Positions 25,832 through 39,107 of a DNA stretch of 64,000 bases are shown here, piece after piece (positions within the stretch are counted from its first letter, which is position 1; the number at the start of each line of letters is the position of its first letter). The notes beneath the pieces are model-generated. The model was not told where the DNA came from and searched no databases. It saw only the letters and a list, made by a program, of their open reading frames with translations. Both the position numbers and the translations under genes were made by a program. This DNA is from Takakia lepidozioides (taxonomy: Eukaryota > Plantae > Bryophyta): assembly GCA_030704615.1 (NCBI GenBank), contig CM060731.1, forward strand, positions 40,610,001 to 40,674,000. The letters run 5' to 3'.

Positions 25832-28462
25832 TGTCGTGCACCTAAGCATCGTGCCACAACATACATCGTTGTCCACCACACAATCTAAGCACACAATCAT
25901 AGAAAGTTATGCCACAATCGCCCCCCTAGCTGGTGATTAGGTCCCTCTAACACCGGATAGCTGACAAGTATCCATCTCAATAAGATCATCGCTTGGTCTT
26001 CAATTGCACAAGTCCCAACACCTGAAGTCGATAGATCAAGAGGCCGGGTGCAAACGTAGCCCCATCGTTAGTCGCCTTCATGCAATCCATGATCTTCAGT
26101 TGAGTATCCATGGCATTGAAGCCCCACTAGCTAGACCTTGGATCACTTGTCCGCCTCACCATTGTCATGCCCACTACCTCTGTCCAAGGCACCGTGGACA
26201 CAACCATTCTCCGATAGGGACCTCCTCAAGTGGCGGTGTCAAGCATCCCATGTGCCACCCCCTTGAGCATTTGTCACACCCCAACATGGTTGCGGCGCCA
26301 CCAGCATGCCCACATAGCATGCAATGCAACCCTGCAGGTACCACTGCAAGGTTGGGATCTATCATCCCATCCACATGTGGAAGGTGACATGGCGTACAAT
26401 TGCGCACATGGTCCTTCCATACCATGTCATCTCAACCTTCCAGAATCAACACTCCTGAAGGCAACACCTCCCTGACCCTTAAAATCACACGTCCTGCTGT
26501 GACATCCAAGGTCGTAGGCGCTGTCTGTTGAAGATACACATAGTCCCCAGGTGGAAACGCCGAACACTTGGCCGATATCCCCCTCCACGTATAGTGGCGT
26601 ACCTCAATGTGTCTCGGTGTTGGGCAATAGCAAGGTTCTCAAAAGCCATAGGTATGACTTCTTGGAACAACTCTGCCCGCTGGGCACAAGTTTGTATCCA
26701 CACATCTGGATCATCAAGGTTGAGAACTATTGCAGCCTCCCTACGAATAGATGCAGGCAAATCCGGCTCTCGGCCGAAGAGAAGAAAGTAAGGTGAGAAG
26801 GAGGCAAGTGAAGCTTGTTTGCTGAACCTATAGCCCATAACTAGCCAAGGCAGTTGAAGGTCCCAATCTCCTAGGTGTCCCTTCTGCAAACCGTACTTGC
26901 GCAAACCTCTCTTGACTGTCTGAGCAACTCTCTCCGCCAAGCCATCAGCCTCGAGATGATCCCGAGATCTATCAAGGCTTGCTCACACAAAGCCTGAAAC
27001 TCCCCCAAGAATTCTCTCCCCCGGTCCGTGAGTACCTCGGCTGGAGCACCAAAATGGCTAAGCACTCGATCTAAGAATGCATACGCAGCCCCCTCACTTG
27101 TCTTGTCAGGCAATGCCACCAGTTCAATCCATTTGGAGAAGTGTTCCACCATCACCAGCACATACTTGTTATGGCAAATCGTCAATGGCAATGGGCCTGC
27201 AAAGTCGAGACTCCAACGATAGCCCAAATCCATAATGGGTAAAGGATGCAATTGTGGAGTAGGGGCGTTGAAAGAAGCCCGCACTCTATCACACACCATG
27301 CACCTTGCCACTAACTGTTGCACATCCGTGTGCATGCCCCGCCACCAATGCTGCCCTTGCAGCAAACTATGAGTGCGCCGCACCCCAAAATATCCCAACT
27401 CCTCACGGGCATGGCGTACCAATCGCGCTCATTATGTTGGATGAGGTACAATCCTCACTCGTCCATCCTCCCATACCCGGAGTAGGTGAGTCCCTTCCCA
27501 CTTGAACCTCTTGGCTTGTTGTAAGATCCGATCTCTCTCCTTAGCAGTCACACTGGCTGTTGTCTCTCATGTACGAAGGTAGGCCAACACTGCTGCATCT
27601 TCATGCACATCCTTAGCACCACCAAGCTCCTCACTGATCTCCGGATCGTCATGCACACCATCTACTTGACCAATGCTATGGGATGGACCAGCTTGAGCTC
27701 CCATTGCTAGGATGCACAAAAAGGCAGATGCGTGCCATCCTGGCACCATCTCCTCATCCGTCTCACCATGCCACCGAGCTCCAGTATCATCATGCTCGCT
27801 CATGCATGGATTACGACTCAACCCATCTGCATCCCAATTGACTATACCGGCTCGATGCACCACCTAGAAGTCGTACTCTTGAAGCATAAGTGCCCACCGT
27901 GCAAGCTTCCATGTAAGCTTGTCTGACTCCATCAACCACTTCAATGGTTGGTGATCCGTGACAAGGGTGAAGAGGTTGCCATAGAGGTAGCATCTAAAAT
28001 GTGTCACTGCCCATACCGCAGCTAGACACTCCCCTTTATATGAGCTTAACTTCGCCTCGGCATCATTGTTCGAGCGGCTGACATATGCCACTACGAACTC
28101 TCTTCCCTCGTCATCCACCTGTGTGAGCACTGCTCCAATTCCCAGCATACTCCAATCCATATGCAGCTGGAAAGGCCGCCTCAGAATAGGTGCAGAAGTC
28201 AATCGAGCCTTGAGTTCCTCAAAGGCTTCCTCCTGTTCCTTCTCCCACTGCCACTCCTGACCCACCTTGGTCAACTTGGTAAGAGCCTTTGCAATGCTGC
28301 TAAATCCCTTGACAAACCATCGATAGTAATTTGCTAACCCCATGAAAGCACGAACTCTTCTAACATCTATGGGGCGTGGAATGCGTGCAATGGCCTCCAC
28401 CTTCGTCTTTTGAATACCCAATCCTCCAGGGTATATCATGTGGCCCAGATACTCAATCTGGT
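25832..28462 (-). mobile_element. DNMT-Gypsy copy B, 3' half (end of RT, RNase H, integrase, PHD finger, PPT, 85-bp terminus)
   Basis: NQIEYLGHMIYPGG continues exactly from KFFHN at 39112. RH LHMDWSMLGIGAVL; INT WSLDFAGPLP...VLTDRGREF...AER; PPT-like ctaggggggcga near 25918-25929; ends ...gtgcacgaca. Confidence 0.9.
26188..26322 (-). other. PHD finger at the integrase C-terminus
   Basis: CMLC-x11-CDKC-x4-HMGC...WLCPRC, the canonical C4HC3 pattern with LTPPLEEVPIGEW. Confidence 0.92.
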
Positions 28463-31400
28463 TGTCAAGTTAAATAAGCACAGTGTGAAAACAGCTAGAA
28501 TAAAACTAGTTATTTGCATTTAACACTTGGATTTAGGTCAAGTGTTAAATCAGATGTCAAGTTTAGTTTGACACCTGGTCCGTCTTATCTTCACGAGAGC
28601 GGCAGTCGCGCGGCTCATCTTTCTCGAGTTGAGCCTGCGCGACCGAGCTCCTTCTTGCGTTTAGAAGCTGTGTGTGCTTATGATGGGAGTGTAGGTTGTT
28701 GTGGGGTGGAGCCCTTATAGCTTGGGGTGCCCCTGGCTCGACTTCTATTTTAAAGAGTGATAGCAATGGATTTCATATTTCTTGTGTTGAGAGTGTGTGT
28801 CCTTTTAGCTTTTGTTTATCACTCGAGAAAGATGCAACTGTATCTAGTTTTCTAGGGCTAAGCTAGATGTTACGTTCCGGTTTTTAAGCACTATTATAAT
28901 ATAGCTTGGTTACGAGAGCTTGCAGGTAGACTGGCTATGTGTGCCTAGTGGAGCATAACAGGAAGGCGGGAACCACTCGAAGTGTCGCTGCAGCAGTTCA
29001 AAGCCAACAATATTCTCGTCCTTCTGGCAGGCACTGCAGCAGGCTGTCTGCCTTGTTCTGATAGCGTGGGGGGCATGTCCTCATCAACAGTTGTACATAG
29101 GGGGCTTCTGCCGCTGCCATGGCTTGTGCTTTTCCCACCTCGGCAGGACTGGAGGATCAGGCTTGACGTAGTAGGAACAAAGCCTCAGGTGCTCTTTCTG
29201 TGCTCTTTCATTGCCAGCCTTTAGTGCACCACCAGCTGCACATACTATCACATGCAGGGAAAACCGACCGTAGCGACCGTAGCTGCCAGGGCCTTGGTGA
29301 ATCCCGCTGCAGGCGAGGATGTTGTGCGGCAGCAGAGGTTGTTGAGTGGTCAGGCCTTGCGAGTGTCGTCCGTGCCCTCCAAGATTGGTGTTGGGGCCCG
29401 TGGATTGGGGTTATCTCTGTTCAACCATGACAAGTGTGCTCCTGTCCCCAAGCTGCCATAGTAGAAGGCTTAGCTATTTTTGCCACTGGGCAATGCCTTG
29501 AGCTTTCAGAATCCTCACCTTGAGTGATCTGGGGACTGGAGACCGGCCATGTCCGCTTGTTTGTCAACGTGAACCCAAATATCTTGCAGTCTTGCTCCAC
29601 CTGCGGGCTGGGTGTGCAGACCTGCTGCAGCTCTGGCTGTTTGGGGCAAACACCTACTGACAAAGAGTGTCCTTGCAGACCAAGCAAATCGTTCTCCGTC
29701 TGAGTTTGATTGATGGGCAGTGACCGCTCAGGCATTCCAACCACTTGACAAGATGAAGATGCTGATTCATTTGCTAATGTGAACCAACTAGGTAAAGAAG
29801 CCTGCAAGGAAGGCTGTTGCGGATCCAGTAAACGACTTCCACTGCAATTTGTTGCTTGATGGCTCTGTTACAATGTGACTACTGTAAGAAAGATTCAGAC
29901 CTGCCAGGCAAGCTATGAACGTTGATATCTGCACTACCACAACTCCCTAGGATTAATACAAGTGCCTGGAGTGAAATGGATAGCTGGAGAACTGCTCAGC
30001 CCATACATTTGGAGTTAAGAGTCATATCATCTACATTGAGGGCGGAGGCCAGGCATCGGAAATGGACCCACCTTGTGTGGAAGCTGATCGCAGGCATGAT
30101 GGAGCGTGTGGAGAACAACCGAGTTGCACTCACTGTCAATACTGGTTGGGGTCGACTTGGGTGGTGATCGCAGGCATGATATGAACATGTGGAGGATGAC
30201 AATGCCAGTCAAGCACAGCGCTACACACCAAGCGTGACCAGAGCACATGCTTGCGCCACAATGAAAGTGGCATGATTGATCAAGTTCTGTTGACAACCAA
30301 CGCTGAGGACTGCGGTTTGTGAAGATCAGGGTTAGGTCAATCCGAATACCTCAAATAGGAGATGCCCCCATTCCGCTGATGCCAAGGACGCGATGATGCC
30401 CTGTGCTGTTGTTGTAAGTCCCGCCATAGCTCTCTCTCTCTCTCTCACGGAAGACTGCTGCTGTGGAGTGCGCTCGGAAATGGGGCAGTAGTGTGCTCAC
30501 AGTGCGAGGGGAACGGCCTCGGGAACCCGTAGGTAACCAGGGAACAGGAACCAAGACAAGTATTTTTAAAAAAAAAAAAAAAAAAAAATCGTTCTTTGAT
30601 CTAATTTAAATTAGATAGAGCCTGTTTGCCATAACTTTGGCCTACCAAGGCCGTTGGACCCAAACTTGCGCAGGACCTACAGAAAAGGGAAATCTACCTA
30701 TCTAAACCTGGTTTCTGTTTTTGGGACTCTGCTAAAAATCTATGGAATTTTTAGAGTGTGAGTGTGCTAAGAAAGATCCACGATCCTATCTCTAGAACCT
30801 GTGTTGGTCTATATGAGAGACAAATTTGTGGATGTACTCCTTGCATGGCTGGGGGAAATGAGGACGTAATTGAAGGGCAGGATTCTTCTCTTAGCCTGTG
30901 CACACAAGGGGACAAGATTTATGTTTCCCAAGGAACTCAGACTGATTTGAGTGGAGAACAGTTGGACGATTTGATTGCATACTGGGAGTCAGGCATTAGC
31001 AGTAGACAACAGACTGCTGTAGTTGGCATTGAGGGCCTCAATATCGCCTTGGACAGTCAGAACTCTGTTGGAGCCAGCAGTTCTGCAGCTGTAGGTGAAA
31101 TACCAAAGTGGGTGAAAGCTAGGCTTGGAACACAGCCAAAGACAGCCCCGGGGACCAAGGTGTTCAGCCACAAGGTCGTGGTGTACTGGAGCAGAGGAGC
31201 AGGAGCTACACAAGTTTGTGCAATCAGACATGGTGGCAACCGGATACGCTCTGCACAGGGCAACCACGAGCGGGTTCATCAGCAATGACATGTTTGTTGT
31301 GCGTGAAGGAGATGCACTCATTCGCAATGAGGACACCCGCACCCGTCTCAAACTTTCGAGTTGAGAGACTTCAGACCCCCCTCTGTTTTCTTTAGTATTC

Positions 31401-34400
31401 AGTGAGCGGGAGATAGGGGAGTATTGCTTTGTCTCTACCTGGCAGAAAGAGGAGGAGGGTTGGTTAGAGCGAGCTACTGTAGCTTGGGACAAGGTAGTGG
31501 CAGGTTTCTGGACATAGATATACCTCCTACACCTTACCATCATGCAGAGCGAGGCACTTTGAGAGAAGTCTGGCATTTGATAGCATAGATCAGGATTAGA
31601 TCTTGCTTGGTTCTATTCTTCCCCTCCATCTCTGTACTATTTTCATTACCATGTACTTGTAGTTGCCAAAGCCTCTCTTGGTGGGGGCCAGTCAGTCCGG
31701 GGTTTTGGGCTGGGATATTCTGCAGGATCAGCATTGCAGCTGGATTTTTGGTGTGGGGGTGTTGATGTTTTGATTTCTTGTGTTTGGATCCCCCCCCAAC
31801 ACCTGCATGCTTGACTGTGCGCCATGTTGGTTTTGTGTGGGCGCTTGCTTTCATAGGGATTAGGCCGGATTTGATCACCGGTCAATCCTAGAGTATGCTG
31901 TCGGTGGTGAGGCTGGAGTGATGACCAGCAAGACCACCAGTGTTTCTTCTATGGTGAGCTGGGTTGATGACCAGCCAACCATAGAGTTCTTGCGGTGATG
32001 CAGGTGCAGGTGCCCTGAGCCATTGGGATATGACCCTTAGACTGCAACAGGTGCCCACCCGTGTCACTATTAGATTAGTACTAGAGCCTTATAGTGTCAC
32101 GTGGAGGAGGTGCACATTGTGAGTGTCATTACGGAGTTATCCAAGGGTTTTGAGGGAGTACGGCTACAGGCAGTAACAGTGAGAGTGGGTTCACAAGACG
32201 AGGTATTCGGTTCAGACCACCTTCACCGCCACCCTCAATTACTGTAGAGTCAGACACAGACTCGAGGCTTCATCAACAGGTGTGCACTTTCATTCGCCAT
32301 TGTTGTGGGAGACATGGAGGAGATGTATGGAGCTACCAAGGGCCTCGTAGGTACTCTGGAGCTGTGGGCACAATCGAGTTGGATGACTTTATCCAGGAGT
32401 TCGAGCTGGTGTGATTTGGCAGCAGATGCGCAATCCACAGCTATTCACCCCATTCATGGCGTGGAAGGGATTGTTCCAGCATTTGGAAGGCCCGCCTATG
32501 GACGATTACCACGAGTTCAGGCGAGGACATGAAGCAGAGATTGAGGAGTGGAGGATGTATTGGTCACCTGACTACGTCTCCATTACTTGAGGCACGACGC
32601 GACCAGTAGCTGCATCAGTACCAATAGCTCCCACTGCCAGCACTAGTAGTGGAGCAAGTAGTGCTGGTACTTCTGTAGGTGGTACCAGTTCAAAAGGTGC
32701 TACTACTCCTCCTGCCACGACTACAACGCATGTGCCTAGATTCAACCCGGTGGTGAAGTTCTTCCAGGAGTTGCGGAGGAACTACCAAGGTATACGGACA
32801 GAGAAGCTGCGAAGTTTGCAAGACTTCCAGCGCAAACCCAGTGAGAGCCTGCCGCGAGAGGCGTACACTCGTATGAGGCGGCGCTTGATAGGTGTGACCC
32901 AAGGGATTACTGAAGCTCAGGCAATCCAGTTTGGTATGGAATTCTGGACAAGGAGCTCAAGAGAAGGGTGCGATGCAGATGCAACCCTGTTACAAGCAGC
33001 CCCAACCCACATTAGCAGAGTGGGTTTCTGCTGGCTGAGCGGATTGAGCTCAACATGGTGGAGGAGCGAGTTGTTACATTGGATTTGGCAAGGACATGCC
33101 TGCACGGGGCACTGTCAGCCCACAGCACAAGGGACTGCCCAACAGCGTGGTCAGGGGGCAAGGTTTCCCAGCCCAAGTTCCATGGAGCTTACAGGGGACC
33201 TCAGGTGCAGAGGCCCGTGGCATCTTTTGCAGGCCAACAGCAACCAGGGGTGATATGTTGGACATGTGGAGGACCCCATGTCAAGAGAGATTGCCCAGAG
33301 AGTGGCAAAAGGCCGGCACAAAGCACACCTGCACAGTTGCAGTGTGGGCATTGCGGCAAGTATGGGCATGGAGATGCCCAGTGTTATGACTTGCATCCTG
33401 AGTTGCGCCCAGGCCAGTTCCAAGGGAACAATGGTGGCGGGGGCGAGGTGGACCAGCCCAAAGAGGACGAGGTGGTCGGGCACGAGGTGCAGGCCAAGGG
33501 CAACTCCACATGGCAAGGACGCGGAGGTCAGGGTGTTGACCAAGGCATGGCCAATCGGCTTCAGCAGCTAGAGCAGAGGCTCGCTGCCATGGCTATAGCT
33601 CAGGCGATACCGGCTCCCAGGCGGGATGGTCCACCTCCTGCTCCTGAGGGAGGAGATATGGGAGGTATGGGATTCATGTGCGGAGCAGCACTACCACTAG
33701 AGCAGGTGGAGTCTGCTGCAGCCATGACTCGAGGAGCAGCACGAGTTCCTGAGCCACGAGGTGCAGAGGGAGTTGGATCCACAACATGGGGAGGCAAGCC
33801 GTCAGGCAAGGCTGCCTCAGTCATTCACCTTGCGGAGACAGTGTCAACGCCATCCATGGCACCTAGTTCTCGCCCGACTGTTACCGAGGCGGAGGTTACT
33901 ATGCCATTGGGAGAGCTACACGTGCAGCACTGACACCTGCTACCAAGGCTAGTGCAGCCGGTGTGTTATTGGGGCAGCCACCTCTGTGTGTCAAGCCCCA
34001 CTGTTCTCGGCAACCATGATTGCGACGCCGGGGTGAGACCAGCTGCAGTTTTCAGACTAGCAGCAACTTCTGTGAGAGTGGGAGGTCACTTCATCTTCTG
34101 CGGAGTTAGTGGAAGGTGTAGTGGCAGAGGGATCCTCGGATTTGAGGGTCAAGACTGCCACGGCTGCGCCTGGCAAGCTGCAGCTGCCAGGTTGACGAGC
34201 TGCCAGCTAGGCCAGCCTTGAGCGCGCCATGGTGACACCTGGAGTTGTCTTGTTAGACAACCAGGATGCATTTTCACTTTGAGTGGGACCGGCAGGCAAG
34301 AAGTACCGGCCACTGCGGGTCTTGTTGGACTCGGGAGCTCAGCCACTGATGTTGGGCAGAGCTGCTATTGCAGGTTTGGGCTCATGGAGGCGGATATGGA

Positions 34401-37400
34401 GCCTTGTCCTTTCCAGATACAGACATCTCTGGGAGGATCAGAGCAGGCTCGGGGCATGACACGGCATCAGTTGGCCATTAGACTGCAGCCGGATCATCCT
34501 ATCGATGGCTCAGTAATGCGAGCCAAGGCCATTGTGACAGACGCGGTCTCTTACGATGTCCTCATTGGTGGGGCAGTGTTATACCATGGGCTTCACCCTG
34601 GATTTTGGGAGGAGTCAGCATTCTACAGGCCTGGATGGCAGTCAGGGGATGGTCGTCGTGCACAGCTCCCTGTGACATTCATTGGGGGTATTGCGGCTGC
34701 CCAGCGGGGCAAGATGCCAACACTAGCCGCCTTTACAGCTGCAGTTAGTTGGCCTGGAGAGTTGCTGGAAGGCAATGCCCATGCAGAGGATGTGCCACCT
34801 CCAGCAGAGCAGGATGACATGCATGGTATGGCGGAGTTGCCTGCCATGGTTGCTCACACTCCATTGTGGGGTACGAGCAAGGATTTGCAGCAGGTGCTGA
34901 TCGACGGGTGCAACAAGCCTGGGTAAGAGGCTTTTGTTCGTCAGAAGAGGAGAGAGTGCGGGTATTGCACCAGACCACCTCAGTTGTCACCATTGGATAC
35001 CACACCTATTGTGTGGCAGTATCCGGATGAAGGCATTGCCTTCTGGACTTGGCGGATCAGCACGGATTGGCTGCTGTGCTACAGGCAGGTGTGCAAGTAA
35101 GGCGGTTACCTGTATGTGGAGAGGGATGAGACTGCACGACGCGTCTCACTGCGCCATGTTGCTCAGTTGGTAAGCAGTACCCTGACTTGTTGCTGTGTCT
35201 GCAGTTCGTGGATACCAACAAGCCTTGCCAGCAGACATTTCCTGTTGGGGCGCGGATTTGGAGCAGGTTGGCTCCATTGATCTGTAGTGGCAGGTTGGCC
35301 CTGCCAAGGGCATTCATCAGCCGGGCATGGCAATGGATTGCGAGACTCGAGGACGGGTCTGTTTTGGGAGATGGTGCGGGTTTTGCGCCACTTGCAGCTT
35401 CATCAAGCTGTATCTCCAGCATACATCTTGGAGAATGTGCCACTGATGGGTGATTCTCGGGCCAGGGTGATGGCCAGTGTGCATCAAGTCCGGTCGTGGC
35501 TTGGGTCAGTCAGCTGCTGCTGGATGCAGCTGCAGTGGGATCACGGGCTCATCGTCCACGGCTTTGGTGGACTAACTTGATGCCACCCGCACTGCTCAAG
35601 CGTGCATTTGATGGGGTGCAGCGGCCAGCACACCTCACCGTGGATGGCATTTTGGACACAGGGAGGCAGTCTCAACGTGTGAGACACGATGACCGTTCGC
35701 CTTTGGCATGGTCAACAGGGTGGGTCAACCACGAGCAGCATTACCTACACTACTCAGCTTCCCAGGATCCCATGCTTTTCGGGATGGTGGACCTGGCCTC
35801 TGTGGGATGCCAGTTGCAACAGTTAGTGGAGCCTAATGCCGACGACGAGAGCGGGCTATGGGATTTTCCACTGGGACCACGGCGGTGCCTTCTCTTTCTG
35901 AGGCATCACGTCGTCAGGTGTTGGGGCAAGCAATGGATCTCAATTGCTTGACCTGGATTATCAGCTTGGCTATGGCTGAGCAACGTAGAGTGCGGAGTGC
36001 ACTTCCCTTGATGGTCTCTCTGCCTACCGAGACGGTACAGGCAGCGAGTGGGGGCGAGCCGGTGAGGACCACGGGGTGTAGACATCCATGGCACACGTGG
36101 GAGGTGCTCGAGGTTCAGAGGGAGTTGGCAGCCAAGGCAGCTGTGATGGATGAGGTTGGGGATTCTTCTCGGGATGAGGAGGTTCTCAATGATGAGATGA
36201 TGGGCAGGATGAGGCCTTGTCATTGACTGAGCAGGAAGGGGAGGTACTGCAAAAGGTTGCAGCATAGCAACCACGGGACGCGTCCTCTACCTCTAAGCCC
36301 ACTGGACTTAAGGTTGCAGTTACGGAGGACAATTGGGAGCCTGACATTGGACCCATTGTCACCGGAGGAGAGAGACGACGTATACGGCGGTTCCTGAGGG
36401 CTTACAGGAATTGCTTTGCCTTCAGTTTGAAGGACTTGGGAGCACTGAAGGGTCAAGAGATCCGTATTGAGTTGGCACTGACACGCCAATCTTTCGGAGA
36501 CCCTATAGATACAGTGACATGGAGAGGTCTTTGATTCAGATGAGGACTCAAGATCTCTGGGAGGCAGGTTTGGTGGAGCTCTCTGGTGGAGAGTATGCTT
36601 CAGCCACAGTGATGCCAGCCAAGAAGGATGTCTATGGCAATTGGACGGAGAGACGTATGTGCGGTGATTACCGGCTGTAAATCGTCAGACCAAGTCCGAT
36701 AGGTATGCCATGCCGACACCAGAGGAGATCTTTGATGCCATTGGGCATTCCAAGGTCTTTAGCACGTTGATTTACGATCCGGATATCACCAGTTGCCGAT
36801 CAAGGAGGCGGAGGCGGATAAACAAAAGACGGCATTCTAGGGGATCAATGAGCACGGGAAGGATTGCCTATACCAGTGGCGGTTCTTACCATTTGGGCTT
36901 AAAAACGCTCCCGCTGAGTTTCAAAGAGTCATGGACAGGATTCTAGCAGGGGTGGAGTTTGCTCGGTGCTACATAGATGACATCATCATCTTTAGTGCTA
37001 CGGTGGAGGAGCATGAGAGACACCTTCAGGGGGTATTTGAGCGCTTGAGGGCGCACGGATTGAAGTTACATCCGGGCAAGTGCAAGTTTTTCCACAACCA
37101 GATTGAGTATCTGGGTCACATGATATCCTGGAGGATTGGGGGTACAGCAGACTAAGGTAGAGTCCATTGCACAGGTTCCACGCCCCACGGATGTGAGCCG
37201 AGTTCGAGCTTTCATGGGGTTAGCAAACTATTACAGACGGTTTGTTAAGGGATTTAGTGCCATTGCAAAGGCTCTAACCAAGCTGACCAAGGTGGACCAG
37301 GAGTGGCAGTGGGAAGATGAGCAAGAACAAGCTTTTCAAGAGCTCAAGGCGAGGTTGACCTCGGCGCCCATCTTGAGACGACCTATCAGGGGGCGTCCTT

Positions 37401-39107
37401 TTCAGCTGCATACAGATTGGAGCATGCTGGGGCTTGGAGCGGTGCTCACACAGGTGGATGATGAGGGAAGAGAGTTCGTAGTGGCTTATGCTAGCCGCTC
37501 GAACAATGCTGCAGAGTCTAAGTATAGCTCATATGAGGGAGAATGCTTAGCTGCAGTGTGGGCCGTGGCACACTTCAGGTGCTATCTATACGGCAATCTC
37601 TTCACCCTTGTCACGGATCACCAACCACTCAAGTGGTTGATGGAGTCAGACAAGCTTACGGGGAAGCTTGCACGGTGGGCACTCATCCTTCAAGAGTATG
37701 ACTTTCAGGTGGTGCATCGACCGGGTTTGGTCAATCGCAATGCAGATGGGTTGAGTCGCAATCCATGCACGAGCCAACAGGATGACACTGGAGCTCGGTG
37801 GCATGGTGAGACGGACGAGGAGATGGTGCCCGGATGGCATGCATCTGCATTTCTGTGTATCTTGGCAGCGGAAGGCCAGGTTGGACCTGCAACAGGGATG
37901 ACTGTAGATCAAGTGTCTGAGGACCCTGAGGCCAGCAATGAGCAAGGTGGCGTCAAAGATATACATGAGGATTCAGTTGTGTTGGACTACCTCCGCACTG
38001 GAGACACGGCAGCCACTGTGACTGCCAAGGAGAGGGATCGGATCCTACAACGAGCCAAGAGGTTCAAGTGGGAGGGGACACCTGCTCCGAGTGTGGGAGG
38101 ATGGTCAAGTGAGGATTGTGCCTCACCCAACACAGCGGGCACGGTTAGTGCGCCATGCCCATGAGGAGTTGGGGCATTTTGGGGTGCGACGCACTCATAG
38201 TCTACTGCAGGGGCAGTATTGGTGGCGTGGTATGCACACAGAGGTGCAACAATTTGTGGCTAGGTGCATGGTGTGTGACAGGTGCGTGCTTCATTCAACG
38301 CCCTACTCCACAATTGCACCCTCTTCCGATCATGGGATTGGGCTACAGGTGGAGTCTTGACTTCGCAGGGCCATTGCCACTGACCATGCGCCACAACAAG
38401 TACGTGTTGGTGATGGTGGAGCACTTCTCCAAGTGGATTGAATTGGTTCCATTGCCTGATAAGGCTAGTGAGGGAGCTGCGTATGCATTCTTGGATTGTG
38501 TGCTTAGCCGATTCGGTGCTCCAGCTGAGGTACTCACGGACCAAGGGAGAGAGTTCTTGGGGGTTTCAGGCTTTGGTGACAAGGCCTTGATAGACCACCG
38601 CACCACTTCTCGGGATCATCTGAGGCCGATGGCTTGGCAGAGAGTTGTTCAGATAGTAAAGAGGGGTTTGCGCAAGTATGGCTTGCAGAAGGGACACCTA
38701 GGAGATTGGGACCTTCAGTTACCCTGGTTTAGCCATGGGCTACAGGTTCAGCAAGCAAGCATCACTCGCCTCCTTCTCACCATACTTTCTTCTCTTTGGC
38801 CGAGAGCCGGATTTGCCTACATCCATTCGCAGAGAAGCTGCTACAGTTCTTAACCTTGACGATCCGGACGTGTGGGCACGTGCATGTGAGCAGCGTGCAG
38901 AGTTGTTCAAGAGAGTCATGCCCATGGCTTTCGAGAACCTTGCCATTGCACAACACCGTGATACGTTGAGGTATGCTACCATACGTGGTGGGGGCTATCG
39001 TCCTGGGGTTCGGAGATTCAACCCTGGCAGACTACTTTATTGTGCATATATGTGTGGTGTGGTTTGGACAGCGATGTAGTTGTGTAGCGATATGTATGCG
39101 CACGACA
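28463..39107 (+). mobile_element. DNMT-Gypsy copy A (10.6 kb): long 5' region, gag, PR, DNMT, RT, RH, INT truncated before the PHD; nested in copy B
   Basis: TGTC...GACA ends flanked by TGGT (28459-28462 and 39108-39111). Gag knuckles CWTCGGPHVKRDC and CGHCGKYGHGDAQC; PR VLLDSGAQP ~34319; RT YIDD ~36970; RH LHTDWS; INT HEELGHFG...CMVC and SLDFAGP. Many frameshifts. Confidence 0.9.
35020..35960 (+). pseudogene. C5 cytosine DNA methyltransferase domain (DNMT3-like) in copy A, frameshifted as assembled
   Basis: AGWPCQGHS (PCQ 35299-35307), YILENVP (ENV 35431-35439, same frame), RAHRPRLWWTNL, MGFSTGTT, RRQVLGQAMDL. Confidence 0.9.

Noticed and set aside
31912-31975. Hammerhead ribozyme
   Set aside because: Loops read GTGATGA/TTGATGA rather than CTGATGA, and no suitably placed GAAA core or three-stem fold is evident.
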